Assembly (NCBI GenBank): GCA_002009975.1
Contig: MTLP01000007.1
Coordinates: forward strand, 80,764-144,763
Reading direction: 5' to 3'
Length of the DNA: 64,000 bases
Origin: Thermococcus sp. JdFR-02
Lineage (GTDB): Archaea > Methanobacteriota_B > Thermococci > Thermococcales > Thermococcaceae
This document shows, in pieces, positions 19,708-28,957 of this stretch. The position numbers and the translations under genes were made by a program. Under the pieces are notes generated by a model that was not told where the DNA came from, did not search any database, and saw only the letters and a program-made list of their open reading frames with translations. Position 1 is the first letter of the stretch. Each line of letters starts with the position of its first letter.

Positions 19708-20382
19708 ATGCAGGTTTGGAAAAAACTCTTTGCGAAAAGTCCTTTTAAACCTATGATAAAGCATGCAGAGGTTGTTTTAGAAACGGTTGAAACCTTAGAG
19801 AAGGCTTTGGAGTTGTGGGATCAAGGTAATTATGATGAAATGGAAAAAGTAGCGGTTGAGGTTGATCACTTAGAGGATATTGCGGATAGAATAAAAGAGG
19901 AGATTAGGGATAGCTTAAGCTCAAAACTTTTCATGCCGGTCAACAGGGGAGACATTTTGAGATATCTTCACATGCAAGATAAAATTGCTGATGCTGCAGA
20001 AGATGTTGCAAAATGGCTCTTAGTGAAAAGACCCGATGGAGTTCCAGAGGAAATTAAGGGAATTCTAATAAAGATGGGAAAGGAGAGTATAACTGCTGCA
20101 AAGCTCGTTTATAATGCCATAGTTCAGTTAGATACAGTATTGGAGAGTGGGTTCAATGAAAGAGAAATAGCTAAGGAGTACGAGCTTATAAAACAAATTG
20201 AAAGTGTCGAAAACAAAATCGATGGATTGGACACAAAGCTTATGCAACTTGTCTTTGAAAGAGCCAATGAGCTTAGCTGGGGAGAAGGGATTTACATTTT
20301 AAACATCGCAAGATGTTTGAGCAGTATCTCTGATAAAGCAAAGGATTCCGCAGAAAGAATAAGGTTGATGATGTCAAAATGA
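19708..20382 (+). CDS. DUF47/TIGR00153 phosphate transport regulator (PhoU-like)
   Basis: LEDIADRIK...LFMPVNRGD...DKIADAAED; operonic with pit. Confidence 0.88.
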   Translation: MQVWKKLFAKSPFKPMIKHAEVVLETVETLEKALELWDQGNYDEMEKVAVEVDHLEDIADRIKEEIRDSLSSKLFMPVNRGDILRYLHMQDKIADAAEDVAKWLLVKRPDGVPEEIKGILIKMGKESITAAKLVYNAIVQLDTVLESGFNEREIAKEYELIKQIESVENKIDGLDTKLMQLVFERANELSWGEGIYILNIARCLSSISDKAKDSAERIRLMMSK

Positions 20383-21222
20383 CTACATAACACAGCACTG
20401 CTCTATTATCTCCACTTCTCTAATTTTCATCGCCCATTCTATAATTTTTCTTGGAGGATTTGTTATTCTATCAACGCCTATCAAAATTGCCCCTTTATCG
20501 AATTCTAAACGCCATTTGCCAAGGGGTCTCATGCATCCTATACTTAGCTCACCATTAAACTTTTCTCTTGCATATTTGACAACTTCCAAGCTTTCTTTCA
20601 CGCTTGGTTTTTCTGCATTTTCCATCTCGGTACCTTTAGTTGGGATTAAAACATCTAAAACAAGGACATCAATTGGATATTTCAAGAGCATGTCTATAGC
20701 TTCGTATTCCCACCAAATTTTTCCAAAATCTAAGCCTATCGTTATGTGAGGAGCAACTTTAACTCCATTAGAGGTTAGGATATCTAAAATCTTAATGTAG
20801 TCCTTAACTGTTTTGTTGATCTTATAAACCCGCTTTATAACATCGTTATTTCCAACAAAGTCTAAAGAAACAGCGTCTACATATTTAACCCATTCTAAAT
20901 CATTTTCGTCAATAAAGCCAACGTGAGCATTTAACTTTAAACTCGTCTCTTTTTTTATAAGCTTTATTTCATCGGCAAACTTGTCTAAGGGAACTTTTAA
21001 GCGTTCATCAAGTCCTCCACTCAAGAGACAGCCAACATAACCTTCGCGTTCTAAGTGTTTACAATATTCTACCAGATTAAAACGCGTAACTTTCCTCATA
21101 CCCTCTAAATAGTGCCTATTGCAGTGAGCACAGTTTAAAGAGCAATAAGCACCTGTTAAAGAAATAGAAGGAAACTTAGAGCCAGGAATGTAAATTTTGA
21201 GCTTTTTTCGTAAAGAGTTCAT
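20383..21222 (-). CDS. lipS1: Radical SAM protein, LipS1-type archaeal lipoyl synthase component
   Basis: CSLNCAHC radical SAM motif plus GCMR and C-terminal CC motifs; adjacent to lipoate-protein ligase. Confidence 0.75.
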   Translation of the reverse strand: MNSLRKKLKIYIPGSKFPSISLTGAYCSLNCAHCNRHYLEGMRKVTRFNLVEYCKHLEREGYVGCLLSGGLDERLKVPLDKFADEIKLIKKETSLKLNAHVGFIDENDLEWVKYVDAVSLDFVGNNDVIKRVYKINKTVKDYIKILDILTSNGVKVAPHITIGLDFGKIWWEYEAIDMLLKYPIDVLVLDVLIPTKGTEMENAEKPSVKESLEVVKYAREKFNGELSIGCMRPLGKWRLEFDKGAILIGVDRITNPPRKIIEWAMKIREVEIIEQCCVM

Positions 21223-21233
21223 TTTTTCACCCG

Positions 21234-21992
21234 TCACTTCATAAAATTCCACTTTTCGTTTCCATAGCGCTCCTCTATGAGTTTTTCTGCTAATTCAAGT
21301 TCATAATCGGTCAATTTGCCTTCTTCAAGAGGGAACTCTTCAAAGAACTTGCTTTTCAAGAGCTCATAAACTTCTCTGCTACTCATTTTAATGCCCTCTT
21401 TTTCTAAGGTGGTCACCCTCTGCCAGATGCTTTTTATTCCCTTGTCTTGGAGCTTCTTCTGTGAAACCTTAAGAACCGATACCAACGTTTCCAAACGTGT
21501 TGCATACATAAAAGTCCCATGCTGTAGAATGACTCCTTTCCTTCTCGTTTGTGCTGAACCACTTATCTTTTTGCCATTAGCTATTATATCATTTAGTCCG
21601 GAGAACTGTGCATTAATACCGAGTGCTTTTAGTGCTTCAACCAAAGGAGAAGCTAAAATGCGGTAACTCTTTTCTATGTTTTTCAAGTCTGGGTGAGAGT
21701 CTTCTTTAATAATCACGCTGTACGTTATTTCTCCATATTCATCGTGGAAAACGCTTCCGCCACCTGTAATCCTCCTAACAACTGGAATATTGAGCTCTTT
21801 GCATTTTTCTAAGTTAACATCGTGCTCGATACTTTGAAATCTCCCCATAGTTATCGATGAAGGCTTGAAGATGTACAATCTAACTGTGTCCTCAACTTTT
21901 CCTTCGCTTCTAGCAATTAGTATTGCCTCATCAATAGCCATCTGAACCTCTGGGCGAGCGATTATCAATGGAACAAAACGCATGACTTTCAC
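21234..21992 (-). CDS. lplA: Lipoate-protein ligase A, N-terminal catalytic subunit
   Basis: MAIDEA, VVRRITGGGSVFHD, KKISGSAQ, LQHGT. Confidence 0.9.
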   Translation of the reverse strand: MKVMRFVPLIIARPEVQMAIDEAILIARSEGKVEDTVRLYIFKPSSITMGRFQSIEHDVNLEKCKELNIPVVRRITGGGSVFHDEYGEITYSVIIKEDSHPDLKNIEKSYRILASPLVEALKALGINAQFSGLNDIIANGKKISGSAQTRRKGVILQHGTFMYATRLETLVSVLKVSQKKLQDKGIKSIWQRVTTLEKEGIKMSSREVYELLKSKFFEEFPLEEGKLTDYELELAEKLIEERYGNEKWNFMK

Positions 21993-22343
21993 CTATTCAA
22001 TATTTGGTTTTATCTCCTCAACCTCTTCTAAAATTTCCTCCTCTTCCTCTTCAAGTAAAAATTGTTCTTCTAATCTTTCCTCAATAGCAACCTTCTTTCT
22101 CTCCTTCATTGTTAGCTTTTCAGCTTCAGCAACCATGTTCAATAAGACAGCAGCAACTCTTGCAGCAGTTTCAGTTCTTAAGGAAGCCTTGGATTCAATT
22201 CCTTCGTTGTGGATTATCATGCTTACGTTTGCAGGTCTAAAATTACCGTTGGAGTCAATATGAGGCTCCCACAAACTTAAAGCTATGTACTTATCCTTTG
22301 CTCCCATGTAAATCCTAATAGTATATCTCGGTTTGTTAACCAT
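21993..22343 (-). CDS. Hypothetical protein with acidic C-terminal tail
   Basis: GGTGA RBS; 116 aa ORF abutting lplA. Confidence 0.75.
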   Translation of the reverse strand: MVNKPRYTIRIYMGAKDKYIALSLWEPHIDSNGNFRPANVSMIIHNEGIESKASLRTETAARVAAVLLNMVAEAEKLTMKERKKVAIEERLEEQFLLEEEEEEILEEVEEIKPNIE

Positions 22344-22440
22344 AATATCACCGCTTTTTAATTATTCATTATCAATTAAAAATCCTTTCTTGGGCATGTC
22401 AAGTTACTATGGAAAGACATAAATAGTTTTCAGAATAATA

Positions 22441-23748
22441 TTGATTAAGGTGTTTGAAATGAATTTAGCTTTTGTAAGATATGAAGAGCTTATGAATATT
22501 GAAAAGACTGGTCGTTTGATTGTTATGGAGTATGATCCGCTATGGAATTTGGAAAAGCAGTTTTTTAAGGTTGTAGAATTCATGGTAAATTCTGGATATG
22601 AGATTGTTGTAACTGACATCTTGGACGAACTAGCCATTTATTCGTACCAAGCTGATGTAAAAGGGCTTGATTATTCGATCATCAAAAAGATTCCCGTTGT
22701 TAAGGTGGGTGGTCATAAAGATATTGGAAAGGTGATTGGGAAAGTACCTTTAGAAAGCTATTCAATGATAAAAAAGAAGTTGGCTGAGTCATTTTCTTCA
22801 TATTTTAAAAATGAAGGAGTGGTAGTTAACATACTTCTTGGAATTGAGAAATATCTCTTGCTTTTAGAGACACATGAAGCGGTTTCTATGATACATGACA
22901 TGGTTCTTACATCTGCATTAAACAAAAACTTCGTGAATTTGCTACTCATAAACAAGGATGTGCTTGCTGGTATAAATGAGGGAGTAAGAGCTATGCTTGA
23001 AGAAGCCGCCTCTATGTTGCTCATTCCAAGAAAAAATAGGCTTAAGATAATTAAGTCTCCTGATCCAGCATTAGTTGGAAAACATCTTTTGCTAAAGGAA
23101 GAGAGAATGGCTGAGATAGCCCTTGAGCAATTTTTGAATTATTTACTGCCAAAAGAAACTGTTATTATTAACTTCAGATCAGTCGATACTCCCTATGAAC
23201 TTGTGAGAGGAATACTGGAATGGGCTAAGGGCTATGACGTAATAATAACAGACACCTTGGATAATCTTGAGATTTACAAACATTTCTTGGATGCTAAAGG
23301 GTATGGAGATTTGTTAAAGCGTGTAAATATAATAAAAATTGGTGGAGTTTCAGAGAAAGGCAATATCATAAAAAGAGTTAACCTAAGCATAAGTCTCTCG
23401 GGAAGAGATGAGTATATGAAAGCCATTAGTAGTGTGACTCACAAAAACAAGAAGGCTCTTAATTTAGTTATAGGTTTAGAAAAAGCTGCCCTGCTTTTTG
23501 ATAGAAGAGGTGTGCTCAATTTACTAGACCATTTAGAATATGTGCTCTTGGAAAAGCCTAGGAGTGTCTTTGATATTGCACTTGTGAACTTGGATATAAT
23601 AGAAAAAGCTAGGATTGAAGTAAAAGGAATGGCAAATGCTCTAGCAACAACCATATGTGTTGTGGAAAGGGAGAATGGGAATCTATACCTAAAAGTCTTA
23701 AAATGTCCAAAGGAAGAGTTAATAGGAGTAAGGGTAATAACATCTTGA
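22441..23748 (+). CDS. Tandem DUF257-like (inactive RecA/KaiC-like) protein
   Basis: Two internal repeats: TDILDEL...VVKVGG...GKV...LGIEK and TDTLDNL...IIKIGG...GNI...IGLEK. Confidence 0.7.
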   Translation: MIKVFEMNLAFVRYEELMNIEKTGRLIVMEYDPLWNLEKQFFKVVEFMVNSGYEIVVTDILDELAIYSYQADVKGLDYSIIKKIPVVKVGGHKDIGKVIGKVPLESYSMIKKKLAESFSSYFKNEGVVVNILLGIEKYLLLLETHEAVSMIHDMVLTSALNKNFVNLLLINKDVLAGINEGVRAMLEEAASMLLIPRKNRLKIIKSPDPALVGKHLLLKEERMAEIALEQFLNYLLPKETVIINFRSVDTPYELVRGILEWAKGYDVIITDTLDNLEIYKHFLDAKGYGDLLKRVNIIKIGGVSEKGNIIKRVNLSISLSGRDEYMKAISSVTHKNKKALNLVIGLEKAALLFDRRGVLNLLDHLEYVLLEKPRSVFDIALVNLDIIEKARIEVKGMANALATTICVVERENGNLYLKVLKCPKEELIGVRVITS

Positions 23749-23803
23749 GCGATGATGAGATGTCACCGGGCGGAGAAATGAAGAAAGTAGCCACCACTGA
23801 GCG
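23749..23803 (+). ncRNA. C/D box guide sRNA
   Basis: C ATGATGA 23752-58, 12-nt guide, degenerate D' CGGA 23771-74, C' ATGAAGA 23778-84, 12-nt guide, D CTGA 23797-800; GC-rich. Confidence 0.75.
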
Positions 23804-23857
23804 GTCAGACGCCGATTAGTTCATCACCTTTCAGCAACCTACCCTTAACATCATCCC
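23802..23857 (-). ncRNA. C/D box guide sRNA
   Basis: Minus strand: C ATGATGT, guide TAAGGGTAGGTTG, D' CTGA, C' GTGATGA, guide ACTAATCGGCGT, D CTGA. Confidence 0.8.
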
Positions 23858-24321
23858 TACGCTAACCCAAGCTTTTCTTTTATAATCATTGGAATGTAGC
23901 CTATTTTGGGGAACACAACTAGAGCTTTAGCTTTTATAGCATCTTGAGGAATGCAATCTATCATGCCATTTTTAGTTGGATAGAAATCTGGGAAAGGGTT
24001 ATTATCTCCCCAAGTGACAAAGCAAAGCTTTCCATTATACTCTTTTATCTTCCTAACCCTATGAATTATTGGGTATTTTGTATAAGGTCTCTCATACACA
24101 ACTACATCTCCGATTTTTATTTCTTCTGGATTTACTCCCTTTAAAAGAACCACATCCCCTCTATAAAAAACAGGTTCCATTGAACCGCTAACTACAATAA
24201 CTAGAGGCGCATCGGTATGAAGAGCTATTTTGAGTCCACTGTGAAGTGCAAAAACGAGTATTATTGAAATAACAAAAAATACAGCGGTTTCTTTTATCTC
24301 CTTGACAGTTCTTTCTTCCAT
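23857..24321 (-). CDS. Signal peptidase I (Sec11 type)
   Basis: VVSGSMEP, IIHRV, TWGDNN. Confidence 0.93.
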   Translation of the reverse strand: MEERTVKEIKETAVFFVISIILVFALHSGLKIALHTDAPLVIVVSGSMEPVFYRGDVVLLKGVNPEEIKIGDVVVYERPYTKYPIIHRVRKIKEYNGKLCFVTWGDNNPFPDFYPTKNGMIDCIPQDAIKAKALVVFPKIGYIPMIIKEKLGLA

Positions 24322-24851
24322 TTTATGGCCTCCATTAAAGTCTTAATCTTCGTGGGAATTGAACCAATTGCAGTACAGGTTTCCAAACTTACTCTCTTAC
24401 CATCTGTTATATCGAGATGATACTCAGCTAAGCTAAATATCTCTTTTGGTAATCCATGTCTCCCGAGTCCCACTATTAAGAGAAAGCTCTCTCCTTTTAA
24501 AGCTCTTTCTGCAACTTCCACTGCTCTTATCTCCTTTTCACTTTTTGGTTTTCTCGTTGTAGCAACTGTTTTTCCAAACTGTGGTGGAAAACCTCTTTTT
24601 GGAAATTCTAAAAGATGAAATTTGTTTCTTTTTGCCAATTCTAGAAGATAGCTACCGCTTTCACCTATTGTTGTATGCTCACTAATCTTTTCAGCTAAAT
24701 CGAGCGCTTTTTTCTCTTTAAATGGAAAGCCAATTAAAGCTAGGTGAAAGTCAAAAGCATAACAAATCGGTGCTGCTCTTGCTATAGCCCTTAGATGAGC
24801 CTCATGTATTCTGTTAGGATCATAGGAGTTATATAGTGCTAAGGTTAGCAT
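24294..24851 (-). CDS. DUF531 family (SPOUT-like) protein
   Basis: LYNSYD...HEAHLRAIARAAP, GLGRHGLP, SLETCTAIG. Confidence 0.8.
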   Translation of the reverse strand: MLTLALYNSYDPNRIHEAHLRAIARAAPICYAFDFHLALIGFPFKEKKALDLAEKISEHTTIGESGSYLLELAKRNKFHLLEFPKRGFPPQFGKTVATTRKPKSEKEIRAVEVAERALKGESFLLIVGLGRHGLPKEIFSLAEYHLDITDGKRVSLETCTAIGSIPTKIKTLMEAIKWKKELSRR

Positions 24852-24986
24852 AACTACCACCGTTTATCAAATTTTGACCAATTTAAAGTTTCAATGGAGT
24901 GTTTATAAGTGTTTAGCTGCTTTGTTATGATAGTTACGGAAACGGTTAAATATTTATTTAACAATCCTTTTTTGGTGGTTCTTGTG

Positions 24987-25925
24987 ATGATTTTCGATGC
25001 CCACTCTGATTTACCTACATACATTTATGATGAAAGGAGAGAAGGAAAGAGAAGGGTTTTGGAAAAGCGATATAATGAATTTTTTGGGAAGGGCAGTATC
25101 TGGAGCAGAGTCATGGCAATATGGACCAGACCAGATAAAAGATCCTCCGCTTTGAGATACAACCTAGAGGTTCTTAATGTGCTTTATAAAGATGTCTTAG
25201 AAAGTGACAGTTTTGTGATAGTGACTTCAGTTGATGAGATGAGGAAAGCGATAAAAAACGGCAGGGTAGCTCTGTGGGTTGGCTTAGAGGGTGGAGAGCC
25301 AATAGAAGACAGCTTAGATCTGTTGGAAATATTCTATGAACTCGGCTTGAGGGTTTTAACCTTAACATGGAGCCTTAGGAATGCAATAGGTGATGGAGTT
25401 TTTGAAAGAACGAATGGTGGCTTAACTAACTTTGGAGTTGAGGTTCTTGGAAAAGCTGAGGAATTGGGAGTTTTAGTTGATTTAAGTCATATAAATGAAA
25501 GGGGCTTTTGGGATGCCTTAGAAACTACGAGCTTTCCAGTTATAGCTTCTCATTCAAATGCTTACTCTCTTTGTAATAATTCGAGGAATCTTAAAGATGA
25601 ACAGATTAAGGCTATTGCCGAGAGAGATGGCGTAATAGGCATAAACGCAATCCCGAGCTTTATTGATAAAGAAAAGCCAACTTTGGAGAAAATGATCGAA
25701 CATATCGTTTATACTGTGGATTTGACTGGTTATAAGCATGTGGGCTTTGGATTTGATTTTGTTTACTACTTGAAAGGATGGAGCGGAAAGAGTGTTGAGG
25801 ACTTTGAGAATGAAGCAAAAATACCTACCTTAATTGAAAAGCTCAGAGAGAGGCTTAGTGAGAAAGAAATTGAAGCTATAGCTTTTGAAAACTTTGAAAG
25901 GGTTTTCGAAAGAGTTATTGGTTAG
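24987..25925 (+). CDS. Membrane dipeptidase (M19) family peptidase
   Basis: DAHSD, GLEG, LTW, DLSH, ASHSN, GFGFDF. Confidence 0.92.
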   Translation: MIFDAHSDLPTYIYDERREGKRRVLEKRYNEFFGKGSIWSRVMAIWTRPDKRSSALRYNLEVLNVLYKDVLESDSFVIVTSVDEMRKAIKNGRVALWVGLEGGEPIEDSLDLLEIFYELGLRVLTLTWSLRNAIGDGVFERTNGGLTNFGVEVLGKAEELGVLVDLSHINERGFWDALETTSFPVIASHSNAYSLCNNSRNLKDEQIKAIAERDGVIGINAIPSFIDKEKPTLEKMIEHIVYTVDLTGYKHVGFGFDFVYYLKGWSGKSVEDFENEAKIPTLIEKLRERLSEKEIEAIAFENFERVFERVIG

Positions 25926-25970
25926 CAAACTTTTTAACATCTCCTTCTTTAGTCTCTTTAAGGTGAGGGA

Positions 25971-26831
25971 ATGAAAGTTGAATTCAGTGCTTACTTCTTA
26001 ACGTTCAGAGAAGCGAGACGGTTATTGTTAGCGAGGGGAGAAGTAAAGCTAAATCTAGATTTGGGGAAAACAAGGAAGAAATACCCTCTTATTGTAGAGG
26101 AAGATAAAGTTATCTTTCCAGATGGAAGTGAAGTTGAGAAGGAGATTTTGGAGAGAATAGCCAAAGATGAAGGTACAGTTTATTTTGTTAAAGGAGGGGG
26201 AGTTTTTAAAGCTGCAATTGCGAAAGAGGGATTTTACAAGCTTGTTCCAACAATTCCACCAACTATAGAAATTAACGGCATTAGAATGCACCGCACTAAA
26301 GATATTACTCCCTTAGAAGACACGTTAAATAAAGTGAATACAATAAAGCCAAAGGAAGGCGAGATGATTTTGGATACCTGTATGGGTCTCGGGTATACTG
26401 CAATAGAAAGTGCGAGGAGGGGAGCGTTTGTAATAACTATTGAGAAAGACCCAAATGTGATTGAGCTTGCAAAGCTTAATCCTTGGAGCTATGAGGCCTT
26501 TCACTCACAAAAAATCCAATTGATACAGGGAGATGCATTTGAGATAATAAAACGCTTTAAGGATGAAACCTTTGATGCTATAATCCATGATCCACCAAGA
26601 TTTTCTTTAGCAGGTGAGCTTTACAGCAAAGATTTTTATGAAGAGCTTTTTAGAGTTTTAAAAAGAGGTGGCAGGCTTTTCCATTATGTTGGGACTCCCG
26701 GTAAAAAATACAGAAGAAAAGATCTTCAAAGGGGAGTAATGGAGAGATTAAGAAAAGTTGGCTTTAAGAACGTGAGGAGAGTGGAAGAGGCTTTGGGAGT
26801 TGTTGCTTGGAAAACTTGGGAAGAACCTTGA
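25971..26831 (+). CDS. SAM-dependent methyltransferase (COG2521-like)
   Basis: LDTCMGLGYTA, IHDPPRF. Confidence 0.88.
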   Translation: MKVEFSAYFLTFREARRLLLARGEVKLNLDLGKTRKKYPLIVEEDKVIFPDGSEVEKEILERIAKDEGTVYFVKGGGVFKAAIAKEGFYKLVPTIPPTIEINGIRMHRTKDITPLEDTLNKVNTIKPKEGEMILDTCMGLGYTAIESARRGAFVITIEKDPNVIELAKLNPWSYEAFHSQKIQLIQGDAFEIIKRFKDETFDAIIHDPPRFSLAGELYSKDFYEELFRVLKRGGRLFHYVGTPGKKYRRKDLQRGVMERLRKVGFKNVRRVEEALGVVAWKTWEEP

Positions 26832-27133
26832 TATCGAGATTTTTGGAAGTATTTAATCAATGGTCTAATATCTTCTTCTCCTTAAAGAGCGAGGCTTTTT
26901 ACAATGTAATAGTTAGATCACGATGTTATTGGCTACACTAATTACTATGTCTGGTTGTTTTATTTTAACATTTTTAAAACTAACTTGGGTTATCCGATTA
27001 AGCCTTAAGTAATCAATTTTTACTTCTCATTTTATTATTTAAAAAGAAAAAATTTAATTAATACAAGTTAGAAAAATTTATAAAATTTGGACGTATAATC
27101 TTTAATGTAAAAATTTGTTAGAGGTGATAACAA

Positions 27134-28126
27134 GTGAAGTGGAAACCAATATTAGCATTGTTATTTGGGTTGTTAGTGTTAGGAACAATTGCAGGAACAG
27201 TGAGTGCAGGATCAGGATACTGGAAACAAAAGGGAAATGTTGGGCATGGATTCTATGAAGATCCTCTTATGGGATCTGTGGATGTGTATAATAGTGTTGC
27301 ACTCGAGTACTATACAACTGCAGACTATATTGAATCGTTTGGAAAATGGTTATACTCTTTTAGAGAAGTCTCAGTGGGGGCAACCAGAGCTGGTGGTGAA
27401 CCTTGGGGAGGAATAGTAAAGCAGAGTTTAGAGCTTAGAAAAGTTGGCGGTAGTGAATACTTTTCCTTCATGACTAATTTTGCAGATGGAAGAGTAGCAG
27501 CGGCGTGGCCATATTCTGGAATTAGCAATTACTTTGAGGATATAGCTCTTAGCGCAGCTGAACTGGCTATTGGGCAAATTTCGTATGTAGGATTTGCATT
27601 ATCAGCTATGGATTTTGTAAACGCTCTGAAGGAGGGATATGACCAACTTAATAATCCGGGGAACTTATATGTGGAATGGACAACATACGGTTCTGATGTA
27701 GGGCATTTTGCAAGGTGGTATGTTGAGGCAGATCCAAGTAGTCTTATAGAATTTTCGGTGATATCCAAGATGTACTATAATCCTTGGGACAGTGTGAATG
27801 TAGGATTTTACGTCATGATTGATGTTCCAGATTCTCCAGAAGTTTTCTTGGCAAGTTCTGTGAATAAGGCAACATTAGTAAATAATGCAGATGGAATCGA
27901 AGAATATTCAGTATATTTTGGAGATCATAAGACAAAAATATACAAAATACCACCAAGTAAGCTTGAAGAATATGGGAGAAAACTCAATATTCCTAAAGAA
28001 ATAATAGAAAAAGCCATAAGCTCTAAGAGTTATGTGTATCATGTTGAGGGTATTCCAGGAGTTAAGATAGTGCGCTCTTTCAGCTATGTGGAAAGAAATC
28101 AGGGAGATAATGCGTTTAAGCCTTGA
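27134..28126 (+). CDS. Secreted hypothetical protein
   Basis: GAGGTGA RBS, GTG start, signal peptide MKWKPILALLFGLLVLGTIAGTVSA. Confidence 0.8.
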   Translation: MKWKPILALLFGLLVLGTIAGTVSAGSGYWKQKGNVGHGFYEDPLMGSVDVYNSVALEYYTTADYIESFGKWLYSFREVSVGATRAGGEPWGGIVKQSLELRKVGGSEYFSFMTNFADGRVAAAWPYSGISNYFEDIALSAAELAIGQISYVGFALSAMDFVNALKEGYDQLNNPGNLYVEWTTYGSDVGHFARWYVEADPSSLIEFSVISKMYYNPWDSVNVGFYVMIDVPDSPEVFLASSVNKATLVNNADGIEEYSVYFGDHKTKIYKIPPSKLEEYGRKLNIPKEIIEKAISSKSYVYHVEGIPGVKIVRSFSYVERNQGDNAFKP

Positions 28127-28152
28127 ACCTATAGTAAAAGCGAGGGAGTTGT

Positions 28153-28653
28153 ATGAATAGGAAGCTCTCTTTAGTTTTGCTTTTTTTAGTTTTAGTTTCT
28201 GCATTGTCAGTTTACTATTCTTATCCTAGAAAGAAGCAAGAAGTAAATAGATCTAGCATACCAATACCCCCAGCAGACTACCTTCAAGATCTTTTTGTTC
28301 AGTCTTCAGAAGGTAGGGAACTTATTGAGGGGAAGGAGTTTGATCTTGATCATAGAGTCATCTATTGGGTGAAGGGAGATTACCCAAACTACACTGTTGT
28401 AAGAGCTAAGGCAATATTTTGGGTAGGAGGCGAGTGGATAACTACCCCAGTCTCTTCGTCAGAGTATATAAGAAGATACACTGGAGGAGATCCCTACATA
28501 GTTGAATTTGACATGATTAACAAAAAGATACTCTCAATAGAGAAAGCAGATGAGAAAAAATTGCAAGAATATTGGGCTATATACTACAAACACTGTCAGG
28601 TTTGCGAAAATCTCACTGGTTACAATGTAATAGTCATAATAGAAGAAAACTAA
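28153..28653 (+). CDS. N-terminally membrane-anchored hypothetical protein
   Basis: Hydrophobic N-terminus; CxxC near C-terminus; GGAG RBS. Confidence 0.75.
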   Translation: MNRKLSLVLLFLVLVSALSVYYSYPRKKQEVNRSSIPIPPADYLQDLFVQSSEGRELIEGKEFDLDHRVIYWVKGDYPNYTVVRAKAIFWVGGEWITTPVSSSEYIRRYTGGDPYIVEFDMINKKILSIEKADEKKLQEYWAIYYKHCQVCENLTGYNVIVIIEEN

Positions 28654-28673
28654 GAGGGGGTGATAATGTTATC

Positions 28674-28955
28674 ATGTGGGAATCGTTTATAAACAAATTG
28701 CTAGCTGTTTCGTTCTCTTTAATCTTCGTACTTATCTCATATAAAGAGGCTAAAAAATACTATCACTCCCCTATTAATGCTATCATAGCCGTTTTATTGA
28801 TATTAATCATCCCCAGCACTATAATTGCTACTTTATGGAACCTTAAATTGGTTAAAAATGAGAATATATTACCACCAGCCTATGCGATCTTAGCCGCTAT
28901 TGGAGTAATGGTTAGTGAAAAACTATTTGCAAAACACAAAAATGAGAAAGGGTAA
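28674..28955 (+). CDS. Small three-TM membrane protein
   Basis: GGGGGTGA RBS; three hydrophobic segments, basic tail. Confidence 0.65.
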   Translation: MWESFINKLLAVSFSLIFVLISYKEAKKYYHSPINAIIAVLLILIIPSTIIATLWNLKLVKNENILPPAYAILAAIGVMVSEKLFAKHKNEKG

Positions 28956-28957
28956 TG

